64,000 bases of DNA from an uncultured delta proteobacterium (lineage in GTDB: Bacteria > Desulfobacterota > Binatia > UBA9968): assembly GCA_963847445.1 (NCBI GenBank), contig CAWJZV010000006.1:144133-208132 (forward strand), written 5' to 3'. Shown here in pieces: positions 1 to 13,526 of the stretch. Both the position numbers and the translations under genes were made by a program. The notes under the pieces were generated by a model. It searched no databases. It had not been told where the DNA came from and was given only the letters and a program-made list of their open reading frames with translations. How positions within the stretch are numbered: the first letter of the stretch is position 1; each line of letters begins with the position of its first letter.

Positions 1-602
1 CTCAGCAGCGCCAGCAGCGACAAGGCTAAGCCGATCCACAAAGCTTCGCGGCCGAGTAGATAGGTTGCCAAGACTAACGTGATGAGTGTCGTGACCGCAA
101 GGTGCCATAGTTTGGTATTCTCAGCGATCGGCCGCATGGTCTCCTCACAGCGGTCGTGGTAGCCGTAGAGCAGCACCACCAAGGCCCAGCGCGCCAACGC
201 AGGTGCGAGAAAGATATTGGCGGTCACTTTGTCGTCCATGATGTCGACGGCGTGGACTTTGAGCAGGGTCACGATGATGATCGCGGCGAAGCCAAAAATA
301 TCCCCGCCACGGTCGCGCGCCGCCGCGGTGGGCCACTGCATGGAATCGAACGTGCTCTTGGTCCCGGCCAATGGCATGGCGCCGGTGGCGACGATCAAAA
401 GCGCGATCATTAAAACGCTGAGAATTTCCGAATCGACGTGCAAAGCCAGTAGGTAGTAGATCGCCGCCAAAACTACACCGATCGCTAAACCGACCAGCGG
501 AAACCATAGTGGAGCGTTGCCAAATCCCGCAGGATCGCTTGCCGGCGCGCGCCAACGGCCCAAAATCGTTAAGTATTTGAACGCTGTGACGAGGCTTTGC
601 AC
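1..602 (-). CDS. CobS-like (adenosylcobinamide-GDP ribazoletransferase-like) membrane protein, divergent; frameshift near 120; runs off the window edge
   Basis: Manual translation from GTG at 602 (AGAGG upstream): VQSLVTAFKYLTIL...WFPLVGLAIG...LIVATGAMPLAG...IFGFAAIIIVTLLKV...APALARWA, a CobS-like pattern. The hydrophobic C-terminal part continues in another frame. Not in the ORF track. Confidence 0.65.
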   Translation of the reverse strand, partial: MQSLVTAFKYLTILGRWRAPASDPAGFGNAPLWFPLVGLAIGVVLAAIYYLLALHVDSEILSVLMIALLIVATGAMPLAGTKSTFDSMQWPTAAARDRGGDIFGFAAIIIVTLLKVHAVDIMDDKVTANIFLAPALARWALVVLLYGYHDRCEETMRPIAENTKLWHLAVTTLITLVLATYLLGREALWIGLALSLLALL

Positions 603-830
603 GGCCTCTGTTGTCGCTCAGTGGGGTCATAGAGTCAACCGACCGAGCGGCAAAAGCGTAGCGCCTTTACGGCAATTTCCCAAAGGTCCGAAAAATTCAA
701 ATAATTGCTTGGTAATTCAATGCCTTATAGCTCTTTTTACGCTTTACTTTCGCGCTCCTTTCCGGTACTATTTTGGTTAGCTGAAACTCTGTCTAACTCC
801 AGAACTTTTCTAGCAAATTTCGAAATTTAG

Positions 831-3284
<2,454 letters not shown>

Positions 3285-3361
3285 TGCGCCGTTGGCGGTG
3301 CTGGCACCTTGCCCAGCGCCGCACCGAGAAATAATTCACCTAGCAGATTGGCGAGCGATTC

Positions 3362-5821
3362 ATGGAAGCTACTATCAAACCGCAAAAGGTTCCGGTCTAC
3401 ATCGAAGAAGAGATGCGCGAGTCGTTCATGGCCTATGCCATGAGCGTCATCATCAGCCGGGCTCTGCCGGATGTGCGCGACGGCTTGAAGCCGGTGCATC
3501 GGCGCGTGCTCTACGCCATGTACGACGCCAGCAACACTTCGGATAAGCCCTACAAGAAATCCGCCCGTCTGGTCGGCGATATCATGGGTAAGTACCATCC
3601 CCATGGCGACACGGCGATCTACGACACCGTGGTGCGCATGGCCCAGGACTTCAACCTGCGCTATCCGCTGGTCGACGGCCAGGGTAATTTTGGTTCCATT
3701 GACGGCGATAATCCGGCGGCCATGCGTTACACCGAGATCCGCATGACCCTGTTGGCCGAGGAGATGCTCGCCGACATCGAGAAAGACACCGTCGAATTCG
3801 TCCCCAACTACGACGATTCGCTCAAAGAACCGTCGGTGCTGCCGTCGCGGATTCCCAATCTGCTGATCAATGGCTCAGCCGGCATCGCGGTTGGCATGGC
3901 GACCAATATTCCACCGCATAATCTGAGCGAAGTGATCGATGCCTTGGTGGCGCTGGTGGATAACCCCGAGATGACGATCAAGCAGTTGATGCGCCATATC
4001 CCCGGACCGGATTTTCCCACCGGCGGATTTATTCATGGCCGCGAGCCGATCATTCGCGCCTACCACGAGGGCAAGGGCATCATTCAAATGCGCGGCAAGG
4101 CGTTTACCGAAACGGTCAAGCGCACCGGCAAAGAACAGATCATCATCGGGGAAATTCCCTACCAGGTAAACAAGAAGCGGTTGATCGAACAGATCGCCGA
4201 ACTGGTCAACGAGAAAAAGATCGAAGGCATCGGCGATCTGCGCGACGAATCGGACCGCGACGGCATGCGCATCGTCATCGAGCTCAAGCGCGACGCGGTG
4301 GCCGAAATCGTCATCAACCAGCTGCACAAGCATACCCAACTGCAAGATTCTTTCGGCATGAACATGCTCGCCATCGTCGATGGCAAGCCCAAGCTGCTTA
4401 CTCTCAAGGACGCGCTGAAATGCTTCCTCGATCACCGCAAGGAAGTAGTGACCCGGCGCACCGCCTACGATCTGCGCAAGGCCGAAGAGCGGCTGCATAT
4501 CTTGGAAGGGTTTCGCATCGCGCTCGACAACCTCGACGCGGTGATCGCGCTGATTCGCAATTCCGCCGACGGCAAAGAAGCCAAAGAAGGGTTGATGAGC
4601 AATTTCGCGTTGAGCGAATTGCAGGCCCAGGCGATCCTCGACCTGCGCTTGCAGCGCTTGACCGGCTTGGAACGCGACAAGATCATGGACGAGCACCGCG
4701 AGACCGTCGCGCTGATCGCCAAGCTGCGGGCGATCCTCGCCGACGAGAAAGAGATCTACAAAATCATCGTCGGCGAGCTCAAAGAGATCAAGAAGCAGTA
4801 TGGCGACGAGCGCCGCACCCAGATCGTCGATCACTCCGATGATATTTCCATCGAGGACATGATCGTCGACGAAGACATGGCGGTGACGATCTCTCATGAG
4901 GGCTATATCAAGCGCAACCCGGTGACTCTCTACCGGGCGCAGCGGCGCGGCGGCAAGGGCAAGATCGGCACGACGACCAAGGAAGAGGACTTTGTCGAGT
5001 CGTTGTTCATCGCCTCGATGCATTCCTATATTCTGTTTTTCACCACCGTCGGCAAGGTCTATTGGATCAAGGTCCATGAGCTGCCGCAGGCGAGCCGGGC
5101 GGCGCGCGGCAAGCCGATCGTCAACCTGCTCAATCTCGAGCCCGGCGAAAAAGTCTCGGCGTTTCTCTCGGTGCGCGAATTTCAAGAAGGGCGATTCATC
5201 ATTTTCGCCACCAAGAACGGTCTGATCAAAAAGACCGAGCTGATGGCCTACGCCCATCCCCGGCCCAGCGGCATTCGCGCCATCGGGCTCGAAGAGCATG
5301 ACGAGGTCATCGGCGTGCGCCTGACCGACGGCCTGCAGGAGTTGATACTTTCCACCGCCGAGGGACAGTCGATTCGTTTCAAGGAAGAGCAAGTGCGTTC
5401 CACCGGCCGTGGTACCTTCGGCGTCGTCGGCATGCGTCTGGACGAAGGCGATCATATTGTCAGCATGGAGATTCTCACCCGTGGCTTCGCGGTCTTGACG
5501 GTTTCTGAGGGCGGCTACGGCAAGCGCACCGAGATGGATGAATACCGGCTGCAATCGCGCGGCGGCAAGGGCATTATCACGATGAAGACCAGCGACCGCA
5601 CCGGCCGTGTCGTCGGCGTGCAACAAGTCACCGAGGAGGACCAGCTCATGCTGGTCTCCAACATCGGTAAGATCATTCGCCTGCGTATCAAAGATATCCG
5701 CATCATCGGCCGCAACACCCAAGGGGTGCGCTTGATCGAACTCGAAGAAGGCGAGCGGCTGGTGTCGCTGGCGCGTGTGGCGGAAAAAGAGGAAGAGGAC
5801 GATGGCGGGGGCGACGCCTAG
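3362..5821 (+). CDS. gyrA: DNA gyrase subunit A
   Basis: [26 protein letters not shown] (catalytic Tyr), GyrA box QRRGGKG and C-terminal pinwheel repeats. Confidence 0.99.
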   Translation: MEATIKPQKVPVYIEEEMRESFMAYAMSVIISRALPDVRDGLKPVHRRVLYAMYDASNTSDKPYKKSARLVGDIMGKYHPHGDTAIYDTVVRMAQDFNLRYPLVDGQGNFGSIDGDNPAAMRYTEIRMTLLAEEMLADIEKDTVEFVPNYDDSLKEPSVLPSRIPNLLINGSAGIAVGMATNIPPHNLSEVIDALVALVDNPEMTIKQLMRHIPGPDFPTGGFIHGREPIIRAYHEGKGIIQMRGKAFTETVKRTGKEQIIIGEIPYQVNKKRLIEQIAELVNEKKIEGIGDLRDESDRDGMRIVIELKRDAVAEIVINQLHKHTQLQDSFGMNMLAIVDGKPKLLTLKDALKCFLDHRKEVVTRRTAYDLRKAEERLHILEGFRIALDNLDAVIALIRNSADGKEAKEGLMSNFALSELQAQAILDLRLQRLTGLERDKIMDEHRETVALIAKLRAILADEKEIYKIIVGELKEIKKQYGDERRTQIVDHSDDISIEDMIVDEDMAVTISHEGYIKRNPVTLYRAQRRGGKGKIGTTTKEEDFVESLFIASMHSYILFFTTVGKVYWIKVHELPQASRAARGKPIVNLLNLEPGEKVSAFLSVREFQEGRFIIFATKNGLIKKTELMAYAHPRPSGIRAIGLEEHDEVIGVRLTDGLQELILSTAEGQSIRFKEEQVRSTGRGTFGVVGMRLDEGDHIVSMEILTRGFAVLTVSEGGYGKRTEMDEYRLQSRGGKGIITMKTSDRTGRVVGVQQVTEEDQLMLVSNIGKIIRLRIKDIRIIGRNTQGVRLIELEEGERLVSLARVAEKEEEDDGGGDA

Positions 5822-5922
5822 ACGCGCAGTGCCTTGCGTGGCGATAGCCCTGACGAACAATCGTTGATCTATCGCGGTAACGAGCCGATTTCAGCCAATA
5901 ATCATTTTTCGTGTGGATCGAC

Positions 5923-6935
5923 CATGGCTAGAGAGATTGGCGTCGTCGGCGCCGGCGGTTGGGGTACGGCGCTGGCCAAGCTGCTGGCCGACAAGGGCGA
6001 GCGGGTTACTTTGTGGTGTCATGGCGACGGCTAGTTTTCGCGAACTGGCGGAACAACGGCAGAATTTGACTTATCTCCCCGGCATTTTGCTGCCCGACAA
6101 TCTTGCCGTCACTCAGACGTCTAAAAGATGCGGTGGCCGATAAATCGCTGGTGATTTGTGCCGTGCCATCCCATGCGGTGCGCGCAAGTATTCACCGACG
6201 CGGCGCGCGTACTTCGATCGCCAAACGCTTTTGCTGTGCGGCACCAAGGGGCTGGAAGAGCCGACACTGCAGACCATGGCTGAGCTGTTCGGCGATATTC
6301 TCGGCGCCGCAAGCAAGGAACGCCATGGCTTTCTTTCCGGGCCGACCTTTGCGATCGAAGTTGCCCGGGGCTTGCCGGCCGCGGTGACAGTCGCTTCCAC
6401 TTCAGAAAACGTGGCGCTCTCGATCCAAGAGATGCTCAGCACCGCCAGTCTGCGGGTTTATACCTCGCTCGATGTGGTCGGCGTGCAAATGGGCGGCGTG
6501 GTGAAAAATGTCATCGCCATCGCCGCTGGCATTAGCGATGGTCTCGGCCTCGGGCAGAACGCCAGGGCGGCGTTGATCACCCGCGGTTTGGCGGAAATCA
6601 CCCGTTTGGCTGTACGCATGGGTGCCGATCCGACGACCTTGGCGGGATTGCCAGGTTTGGGCGATTTAGTGCTTACCTGTGCCGGTGACTTGAGCCGCAA
6701 CCGCGCGGTGGGTTTACAGATCGCCGCCGGCAAGAGTTTGCAGGAGATTACGAGTTCGACTCGCACCGTGGCTGAAGGGGTACGCAATACCCGCGCGCTG
6801 CACGCTTTGGCCCAGCGTTTGGCGGTGGAAATGCCGATCGTCGAGCAGATGTACCAGGTGCTCTATGGCGCTAAGCGGCCGGCCGACGCGGCGCGCGATT
6901 TGATGCAACGGTCGCTAAAACCCGAGGCCGGTTAA
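5923..6935 (+). CDS. gpsA: NAD(P)H-dependent glycerol-3-phosphate dehydrogenase (several frameshifts at ~6030-6210, probably assembly errors)
   Basis: MAREIGVVGAGGWGTALA, then SGPTFA, KNVIAIAAG and GLGDLVLTC...SRN motifs split across the ORFs at 5834, 5913, 6103 and 6156. Confidence 0.93.
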
Positions 6936-7009
6936 AATTGACTTCGCCTGGACGGTATGATTGATATAGTCACTTGGCTGTGCAGGCGGCCTGAAGGGGA
7001 AGTAGTCTT

Positions 7010-7174
7010 ATGAGCAAAAGAACCTATCAACCGAGCAACATCCGTAGAAAGCGCACTCATGGCTTTCTCGCGCGCATGGCGACTCCGGGCGGGCGCAATG
7101 TCATCAAACGGCGCCGCGCCAAGGGACGCAAAAAATTGACTGTGTCGGTGCCGCCCAAGCGGGCGCGCACCTAA
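7010..7174 (+). CDS. rpmH: 50S ribosomal protein L34
   Basis: Manual translation: [54 protein letters not shown]. Confidence 0.98.
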   Translation: MSKRTYQPSNIRRKRTHGFLARMATPGGRNVIKRRRAKGRKKLTVSVPPKRART

Positions 7175-7189
7175 CCACGGGGGAAGGCG

Positions 7190-7549
7190 CTGAAGGATAA
7201 TCAAGCGTTCCCGAAGTCGGCCCGCCTGAGAAAACGACGCGAATTTTTGCGATTATCGCGATCCGGTCACAAGATCCATTCCGCAAACTTTGTCGTTATC
7301 AGCAAAACTAGCGATCATGCCGAGTCCCGCGTGGGAATCACCGTTAGCGGTAAGGTTGGCAACTCAGTGATCCGCAATCGGATCAAACGGCAAGTACGGG
7401 AGTTCTTCCGCCGCCGCCGCGCGGCATTGCCGCAAGCGGTGGATTTCCTCGTCATCGCGCGTCAAAGCGCGGTGAACCTGCCGTCGAGTATGCTCGACGC
7501 CGAATTGGCCAAAAGTTTCTCGCCGCCACGCGGGCGCCGGATGGTATAA
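7190..7549 (+). CDS. rnpA: Ribonuclease P protein component (likely CTG start)
   Basis: FPKSARLRKRREF and RVGITVSGKVGNSVIRNRIKR (RNR motif); lies between rpmH and yidD. Confidence 0.95.
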   Translation: MKDNQAFPKSARLRKRREFLRLSRSGHKIHSANFVVISKTSDHAESRVGITVSGKVGNSVIRNRIKRQVREFFRRRRAALPQAVDFLVIARQSAVNLPSSMLDAELAKSFSPPRGRRMV

Positions 7550-7553
7550 CCGC

Positions 7554-7766
7554 ATGATCCGCTGGTTATTGATCTTGCCGATTCGCGCCTATCGCCTGTC
7601 GGTCTCGCCCTGGTTGCCGCCCGCTTGCCGGTTTTACCCCAGTTGTTCGGCCTATGCGCAAACGGCAATTCACCGTCACGGTGCGGTCAAAGGTCTGCTC
7701 TACACTCTATGGCGTTTCTGCCGCTGCCACCCTTTCAGCGCCGGCGGATACGATCCGGTCAGTTGA
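7554..7766 (+). CDS. yidD: Membrane protein insertion efficiency factor
   Basis: CRFYPSCSAY and RCHPFSAGGYDPV motifs. Confidence 0.96.
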   Translation: MIRWLLILPIRAYRLSVSPWLPPACRFYPSCSAYAQTAIHRHGAVKGLLYTLWRFCRCHPFSAGGYDPVS

Positions 7767-7775
7767 ACTTAATCA

Positions 7776-9404
7776 ATGGATAAACGCGCACTCATCGGCA
7801 TCGCATTATCGGTCCTGGTCTTGGTCGGTTACCAAGAATTTATTAGCCGTTATTATGGCCCGCCGCCGACAGTTCCGGCGCCGGCCGCGGAAAAGACGGA
7901 CGCCGCTGCGCCGCCCTCCGGCGCTACTCCCGCCGCGCCCAGCGCTGTCCCGGCGCAAGTTGCGCCGGCTCTCGTACCGCCTGGCCAAGCGGCTCGAAAC
8001 ATTCAGGTTGAAACCGATAACTACATCGCCGTTTTCACCAGCCACGGCGCGCGCCTGAAAAGCTTTCAGTTCAAAAACTATCGCGCCAGCGCGGATACTA
8101 AAAGCCCGCTCCAGGAAATAATTACCACCGCGAAAGATGTGCCGTTGCCGCTCGGTGTGCGCTGGCAGGCGCCGGCGCCATTCGATGATGCAAGTGTGTC
8201 TTACTCCGTTCAGGGCGCCGATCTTAAACTCACAGGCGAAGCCAAGGGTACCTTGGTATTTCAAGGCCAGACCGCCGATGGCGCGACGATTACCAAGTCT
8301 TTGACATTTACCGGCAATGTTTATCCTATTCAGTTCGATGTTGCCGTTCAGTCCGCCGCGGCCACTGCGCCGGTGCCAGAAGTTTTTCTGACCGACAAAA
8401 GCGATCATACCGTGGTCAATCCCGGCGCGCCGTTCGAAGGCTTCGTCGCCTTGGTCGATAACAAGATCAAGCGCGAGGCGACGGTGGACGCGAGTAAGGG
8501 ACATGAGTTTAGCGGCGACGTCGCCTGGGCCGGTTTCGGCCACACTTATTTTTTCGTGGCTTTGATGCCGGAAAATGGCGCCGGGCACAAAGTTTCGGTG
8601 CGGCAAAATGGCGCCGCGCTCGTCGCTTCGCTGAGCGGACCGGCGGCCGGCGGCCGCTATCGTCTGTTCATCGGACCCAAAGAACTCGAACTCCTACAGT
8701 CGGTGGGCAAGGACATCGATCGTGCCATCGACCACGGCTATTTCGGCTTCGTCTCGGTGCCGCTGCTCTACGTGCTCCACTTCTTTCACCGTTTCACCGG
8801 CAGTTATGGGATCGACATCATTATACTGACGGTGCTGATCAAGCTGATCATGTGGCCGTTGACGCATAAGAGCTTTAGTTCCATGAAGTCGATGCAGAAG
8901 CTTGGGCCGCAGATGGAAAAGCTCAAAGAACGCTTCGCCAACGACAAAGAGAAACTCAATAAAGAGATCATGGATCTGTACAAGCGTAACGGTGTCAATC
9001 CGTTGGGCGGCTGCCTGCCGATGGTGCTGCAATTTCCGGTTTTCATCGGTCTGTACAACGCGCTCAGCACGCCCATCGAGCTGCGCCATGCGTCGTTTAT
9101 GTGGATTCAAGATTTGTCGCGGCCCGACTGGGAAGCGCTGCAGTTCACAGTTCCCGGCTGGTGGCCTTCGCTCTTGCCGTCCGGCATTCCGATTCTGACC
9201 ATTGTCATGGGCGCCACCATGTTTATCCAACAATGGATGACGCCGTCAGCGGGCGATCCCAACCAGCGAAGAATAATGATGTTGATGCCGCTCATGTTTA
9301 CCTTCATGTTCGTGTCGTTTCCCGCTGGCTTGACCGTTTACTGGCTGGTGAACAACGTGCTGAGCATCGCGCAGCAGTACTGGATCAATCGCAGCGATAA
9401 GTAG
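7776..9404 (+). CDS. yidC: Membrane protein insertase
   Basis: N-terminal TM segment, periplasmic domain, GVNPLGGCLP and LTVYWLVNNVLSIAQQ motifs. Confidence 0.98.
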   Translation: MDKRALIGIALSVLVLVGYQEFISRYYGPPPTVPAPAAEKTDAAAPPSGATPAAPSAVPAQVAPALVPPGQAARNIQVETDNYIAVFTSHGARLKSFQFKNYRASADTKSPLQEIITTAKDVPLPLGVRWQAPAPFDDASVSYSVQGADLKLTGEAKGTLVFQGQTADGATITKSLTFTGNVYPIQFDVAVQSAAATAPVPEVFLTDKSDHTVVNPGAPFEGFVALVDNKIKREATVDASKGHEFSGDVAWAGFGHTYFFVALMPENGAGHKVSVRQNGAALVASLSGPAAGGRYRLFIGPKELELLQSVGKDIDRAIDHGYFGFVSVPLLYVLHFFHRFTGSYGIDIIILTVLIKLIMWPLTHKSFSSMKSMQKLGPQMEKLKERFANDKEKLNKEIMDLYKRNGVNPLGGCLPMVLQFPVFIGLYNALSTPIELRHASFMWIQDLSRPDWEALQFTVPGWWPSLLPSGIPILTIVMGATMFIQQWMTPSAGDPNQRRIMMLMPLMFTFMFVSFPAGLTVYWLVNNVLSIAQQYWINRSDK

Positions 9405-9420
9405 CCGAGGAAGGTCAGTT

Positions 9421-10467
9421 ATGGATTTCGTCGAAACCGAAGGCGATAACATCGACGCCGCCATCGAAAACGCGCTGAAGGCACTCGGCGTCGGGCGCGA
9501 AAAGATCACCGTCGATATCATTTCGGAAGGACGCAAGGGGATACTCGGTTTTGGCGCGCAGAAAGCGAAGGTTCGTGCTTCGCTGCGCAAGCTCAATCTT
9601 GAACCCGACCCGACGCCCGCCAAACCCCAGGCCGCGCAGACCCAGCAGGCACCGGCAAGAGCAGCGGAGCCCAGACCGCGGCCTCCAGAGCGGCGCCCGG
9701 CCGAATCGCGCCGAGCGGAACCACCAAGAGCCGAGTCGCGCGCCAGGGCGCCGGAACCTAGACCGCGACCGCCTGAGCCGCGTTTCCGGCCTGAACCACG
9801 TCCGGCCCAGGCTCCTTCGCCCCGTCCGCCAGCGGAACCGCGCGCGGCCGACGCGCCGCCGCCGCTGACACCAGCGGAGGTCGAGGCGATGGTCGCCAAG
9901 GCGAAGACGGCGCTGGCTGAGATTCTAAATTTAATGGGCATGAACGCGACGGTCGCAGAAAAAGCCGGCGTCGACAGCGAGGAAACGATCCTCGAGGTCA
10001 AGAGCGATAACAGCGGCTTGATCATTGGCCGCAAGGGACAGACCTTAGAAGCGTTGCAATACCTGATCACCCGCATCGCCGGCGAACGGCCCGGCAATGA
10101 AGCGCCGCATGTCGTCATCGATATCGAGAACTACCACGAGCGCCGTCGCCAGACCTTGCAAGACATGGCGCTGCGCTTGGGCGAGAAGGCCAAACGCCAG
10201 CGCAAGACTGTCACCATCGATGCGCTCAGCGCAGCGGATCGCCGGGTCGTTCATGCGGCGCTGCAAGACGATCCTTGGTTGACCACGCGCAGTCTCGGCC
10301 AGGGCGCTTATCGCCGCTTGCTGATCATTCCCGAGGGTGATCGTAAAATAAAAGATGATGGCCCTGCACCGGCGCAAGAGCGCGAGGGCGAACGGCCGCA
10401 GAGAAGCAAGCGGCCTAATCCGCCGCAGCCGGATGAACCAGAAGAAGATGATAGCGGTGCTTCGTAG
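9421..10467 (+). CDS. jag: RNA-binding protein Jag/EloR/KhpB with Pro/Arg-rich linker
   Basis: Jag_N (GRKGILGFG), KH (IIGRKGQTLEALQYL) and R3H (RRVVH) domains; follows yidC. Confidence 0.95.
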   Translation: MDFVETEGDNIDAAIENALKALGVGREKITVDIISEGRKGILGFGAQKAKVRASLRKLNLEPDPTPAKPQAAQTQQAPARAAEPRPRPPERRPAESRRAEPPRAESRARAPEPRPRPPEPRFRPEPRPAQAPSPRPPAEPRAADAPPPLTPAEVEAMVAKAKTALAEILNLMGMNATVAEKAGVDSEETILEVKSDNSGLIIGRKGQTLEALQYLITRIAGERPGNEAPHVVIDIENYHERRRQTLQDMALRLGEKAKRQRKTVTIDALSAADRRVVHAALQDDPWLTTRSLGQGAYRRLLIIPEGDRKIKDDGPAPAQEREGERPQRSKRPNPPQPDEPEEDDSGAS

Positions 10468-10652
10468 TCTGGCGCGGACGCAGTAGCGGAGGATTCGAAG
10501 AGTTGACCAGGATGGACATGGTTCGACGGCGGTCACTACAGGCTCCGATCACGATGTTCGGAATTTTAGTGATCCAAATACTTCGTTAAGTTCTCGTTAC
10601 GGCGCAAATTTGTTAAGTTGACCCCAATGAATCGGTTCTCTATAGTCGAGCC

Positions 10653-11750
10653 ATGATTGAGCGACGCAAGACCAGGCAGATTGAGCTGGGCAAAGTGAAA
10701 GTCGGCGGCGACGCGCCGATCACGGTCCAGTCGATGACCAAGACCGACACCCGCGACGTGCGCGCCACGGTGCAGCAGATCTGGTCCTTGGAAGCGGCTG
10801 GTTGCGAAATCGTCCGCTGTGCCGTGCCGGTGCGCGAAGCGGCCGAGCAGCTTGGTGAAATCAAGAAAAAAATCCGCATTCCGTTGGTCGCCGACATCCA
10901 TTTCAATTACAAACTGGCGTTGATCGCCATCGAGCAGGGCGTCGACGGCCTGCGCCTCAATCCCGGCAACATCGGCGCTCGCAAGTATGTCGAAGAAGTG
11001 GTCAAGGCCGCGTCCGAGCGCAAGATTCCCATCCGCATCGGCGTCAACGCCGGCTCGCTGGAAAAAGACTTGCTGCAAAAGTACAACGGCCCGACGGCTG
11101 AAGGCATGGTCGAAAGCGGTCTGCGCCATATTCATATTCTCGAAGATGTCGGTTATTCCGAGATCAAGATTTCCCTCAAAGCTTCCGATCCGTTGATGAT
11201 GATCGAAGCCTATCGCATGCTCGCCGACCAGGTGAACTATGCATTTCATCTCGGTGTGACCGAGGCGGGGACACCGGGCATCGGCACGATCAAATCCGCC
11301 GTCGGCTTAGGCACGCTCTTGGCCGAAGGTATCGGCGACACCATTCGCGTGTCGTTGGCGGCTGACCCGGTGGAAGAAGTGCGGATCGGTTTGGAAATTT
11401 TGAAAGCGCTCAAGCTGCGCAAGGACGGCATGACCTTTGTCGCCTGTCCGTCCTGCGGCCGCGCCGATGTCGATCTTATAGCGCTGGCGAAGGCGGTGGA
11501 AGAGCGCATGCTGCCGTACAGCAATCAAAACATCCATGTCGCGGTGATGGGTTGCGAAGTCAACGGTCCGGGCGAAGCGCGGGCGGCGGATCTCGGCGTT
11601 GCCGGCGGCAAGGGCATCGGTCTGATCTTCAAGCGCGGCGAAGTCATTCGCAAAGTTCCCGAAGCGCAGATCGTCGATGCGCTGATGGAAGAAGTCGCCA
11701 AGTTCGCCGCCGAAAAAGCCGCTGAAGCCTCGACGGCCGCGCTCAACTGA
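10653..11750 (+). CDS. ispG: HMB-PP synthase
   Basis: VQSMT, VADIHF, RLNPGN, HLGVTEAG, CPSCGR and GCEVNGPGE motifs. Confidence 0.98.
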   Translation: MIERRKTRQIELGKVKVGGDAPITVQSMTKTDTRDVRATVQQIWSLEAAGCEIVRCAVPVREAAEQLGEIKKKIRIPLVADIHFNYKLALIAIEQGVDGLRLNPGNIGARKYVEEVVKAASERKIPIRIGVNAGSLEKDLLQKYNGPTAEGMVESGLRHIHILEDVGYSEIKISLKASDPLMMIEAYRMLADQVNYAFHLGVTEAGTPGIGTIKSAVGLGTLLAEGIGDTIRVSLAADPVEEVRIGLEILKALKLRKDGMTFVACPSCGRADVDLIALAKAVEERMLPYSNQNIHVAVMGCEVNGPGEARAADLGVAGGKGIGLIFKRGEVIRKVPEAQIVDALMEEVAKFAAEKAAEASTAALN

Positions 11751-11795
11751 GCTTTTCTGTCTCGTTCGACATTGCCCATTCTCAATCGAGCTACT

Positions 11796-13523
11796 ATGCG
11801 TTGGAGTAAAACCCTCATCCCGACATTGAAAGAAGACCCGGCGGACGCCGAGGTCATCAGTCACAAGCTCTTGATGCGCGCCGGCTACATTCGCCAGGTC
11901 AGCCGCGGCATCTACGATTACTTTCCGTTGGCTCTCAAAGTCATTCGTAAGATCGAAACCATCGTGCGCCAGGAAATGGACCGCGCCGGCGCGCAAGAAC
12001 TTTTGCTGCCGATTGCCGCGCCCGCCGAACTGTGGCAGGAGAGCGGCCGCTGGGAGTTTTACGGCAAAGAACTGCTGCGCTTCAAGGACCGCCATGAGCG
12101 CGATTTCTGCCTCGGTCCGACCCATGAAGAGCTAATCACTGATTTAGTCCGGCGCTCGGTGCGCTCCTATCGTGAGCTGCCAATCAATTTGTACCAGCTG
12201 CAGACCAAGTTTCGCGATGAAGTGCGACCGCGCTTCGGTTTGATGCGCGGGCGCGAGTTCATTATGAAGGACGCCTACAGTTTTCACACCGATGTCGAGG
12301 ATTGCCGGCGCGAATACGACAACATGTATCAGACCTACAAGCGCATCTTCAGCCGCTGCGGTCTGAGCTACCGTCCGGTGGAAGCGGACACCGGCGCCAT
12401 CGGCGGCAGCCTGTCCCATGAGTTTCAAGTGCTGGCCGCGTCCGGTGAAGACGCCATCGTTAGCTGCGACGGCTGCGAGTACGCCGCCAACGTCGAAAAG
12501 GCCGAAGTCAAAGGCAGGCCGCCGGCGGCGCGGGATATTTCCCAGGAATCCCCTAAGCTGAACAAGGTCGCCACACCGGGTAAAAAGACCGTGCCCGAGG
12601 TCGCCGAGTTGCTAAAATTACCTGCCAATCAATTCATCAAGACGCTGGTTTACAAGACCGATGGCGGCGACTTGATCGCGGCGCTGGTGCGCGGCGATCA
12701 TGAAATCAACGAACTGAAACTGCGCACGGTGCTCGGCTGCCGCGAAGTAACCCTAGCCGACGAAACCGCGGTGACGGCGGCGACGGGTGTGGTGCCCGGC
12801 TATATGGGGCCGATTGGTTTGCAGTTGCGCATCGTCGCCGATCTGTCGGTGCATGGCATGCGCGGCGCGGTCACCGGCGCCAACGAAGCCAATTTCCATT
12901 ATATCGATATCGATCAGGAGCGCGACTTCACGCCGAGTGCGTTCGCCGACTTGCGCCTTGCCGTGGCGGGCGATCCTTGTCCGCGCTGTGAGTCGGGCAA
13001 GCTGCAGACCCATCGCGGCATTGAAGTGGGCCAAGTTTTTTATCTCGGCACCAAGTACAGCGAGAAGATGGGCGCGACCTATCTCGACGCCGAAGGCCGT
13101 GAGCAGGCCATCGAGATGGGCTGTTATGGCATCGGCATCAGCCGCATGGTCGCTGCCGCGGTCGAGCAGAACCACGATGCCAACGGCATCATCTGGCCGT
13201 TGTCCATTGCGCCGTTTCAAGTGCTCGTCCTGCCGATCAATTACAAAGAAGAAAAACTGCGCGATGCCGCCGAGAAACTTTATCTAGAGTTGCAGCGCGC
13301 CGGCGTTGAAGTGATGCTCGACGATCGCGATGAGCGCGCCGGGGTCAAGTTTAAAGACGCCGACCTGATCGGCATCCCGCTGCGCGTCACCATCGGCGCC
13401 AAGGCCCTAGACAAAGGCTGTATCGAGCTGCGTAACCGGCGCAACGGCAAGACCGACGAAGTGGCGCTCGGCGAGGCGGTAAAATCCATTCAAACCATCA
13501 TCGCCCAGGCGGTCCAGGGATAA
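11796..13523 (+). CDS. proS: Proline-tRNA ligase
   Basis: LGPTHEE, KFRDEVRPRFGLMRGREF and GCYGIG motifs; INS editing domain. Confidence 0.98.
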   Translation: MRWSKTLIPTLKEDPADAEVISHKLLMRAGYIRQVSRGIYDYFPLALKVIRKIETIVRQEMDRAGAQELLLPIAAPAELWQESGRWEFYGKELLRFKDRHERDFCLGPTHEELITDLVRRSVRSYRELPINLYQLQTKFRDEVRPRFGLMRGREFIMKDAYSFHTDVEDCRREYDNMYQTYKRIFSRCGLSYRPVEADTGAIGGSLSHEFQVLAASGEDAIVSCDGCEYAANVEKAEVKGRPPAARDISQESPKLNKVATPGKKTVPEVAELLKLPANQFIKTLVYKTDGGDLIAALVRGDHEINELKLRTVLGCREVTLADETAVTAATGVVPGYMGPIGLQLRIVADLSVHGMRGAVTGANEANFHYIDIDQERDFTPSAFADLRLAVAGDPCPRCESGKLQTHRGIEVGQVFYLGTKYSEKMGATYLDAEGREQAIEMGCYGIGISRMVAAAVEQNHDANGIIWPLSIAPFQVLVLPINYKEEKLRDAAEKLYLELQRAGVEVMLDDRDERAGVKFKDADLIGIPLRVTIGAKALDKGCIELRNRRNGKTDEVALGEAVKSIQTIIAQAVQG

Positions 13524-13526
13524 GCC

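Noticed and set aside
3875-5860. 661-aa ORF antisense to gyrA, and similar long shadow ORFs opposite yidC, ispG and others
   Set aside because: A by-product of GC-rich codon bias opposite real genes; no protein motifs.
9600-9870. EPRPRPPE repeats in Jag as a novel domain
   Set aside because: Jag linkers are commonly variable and low-complexity.
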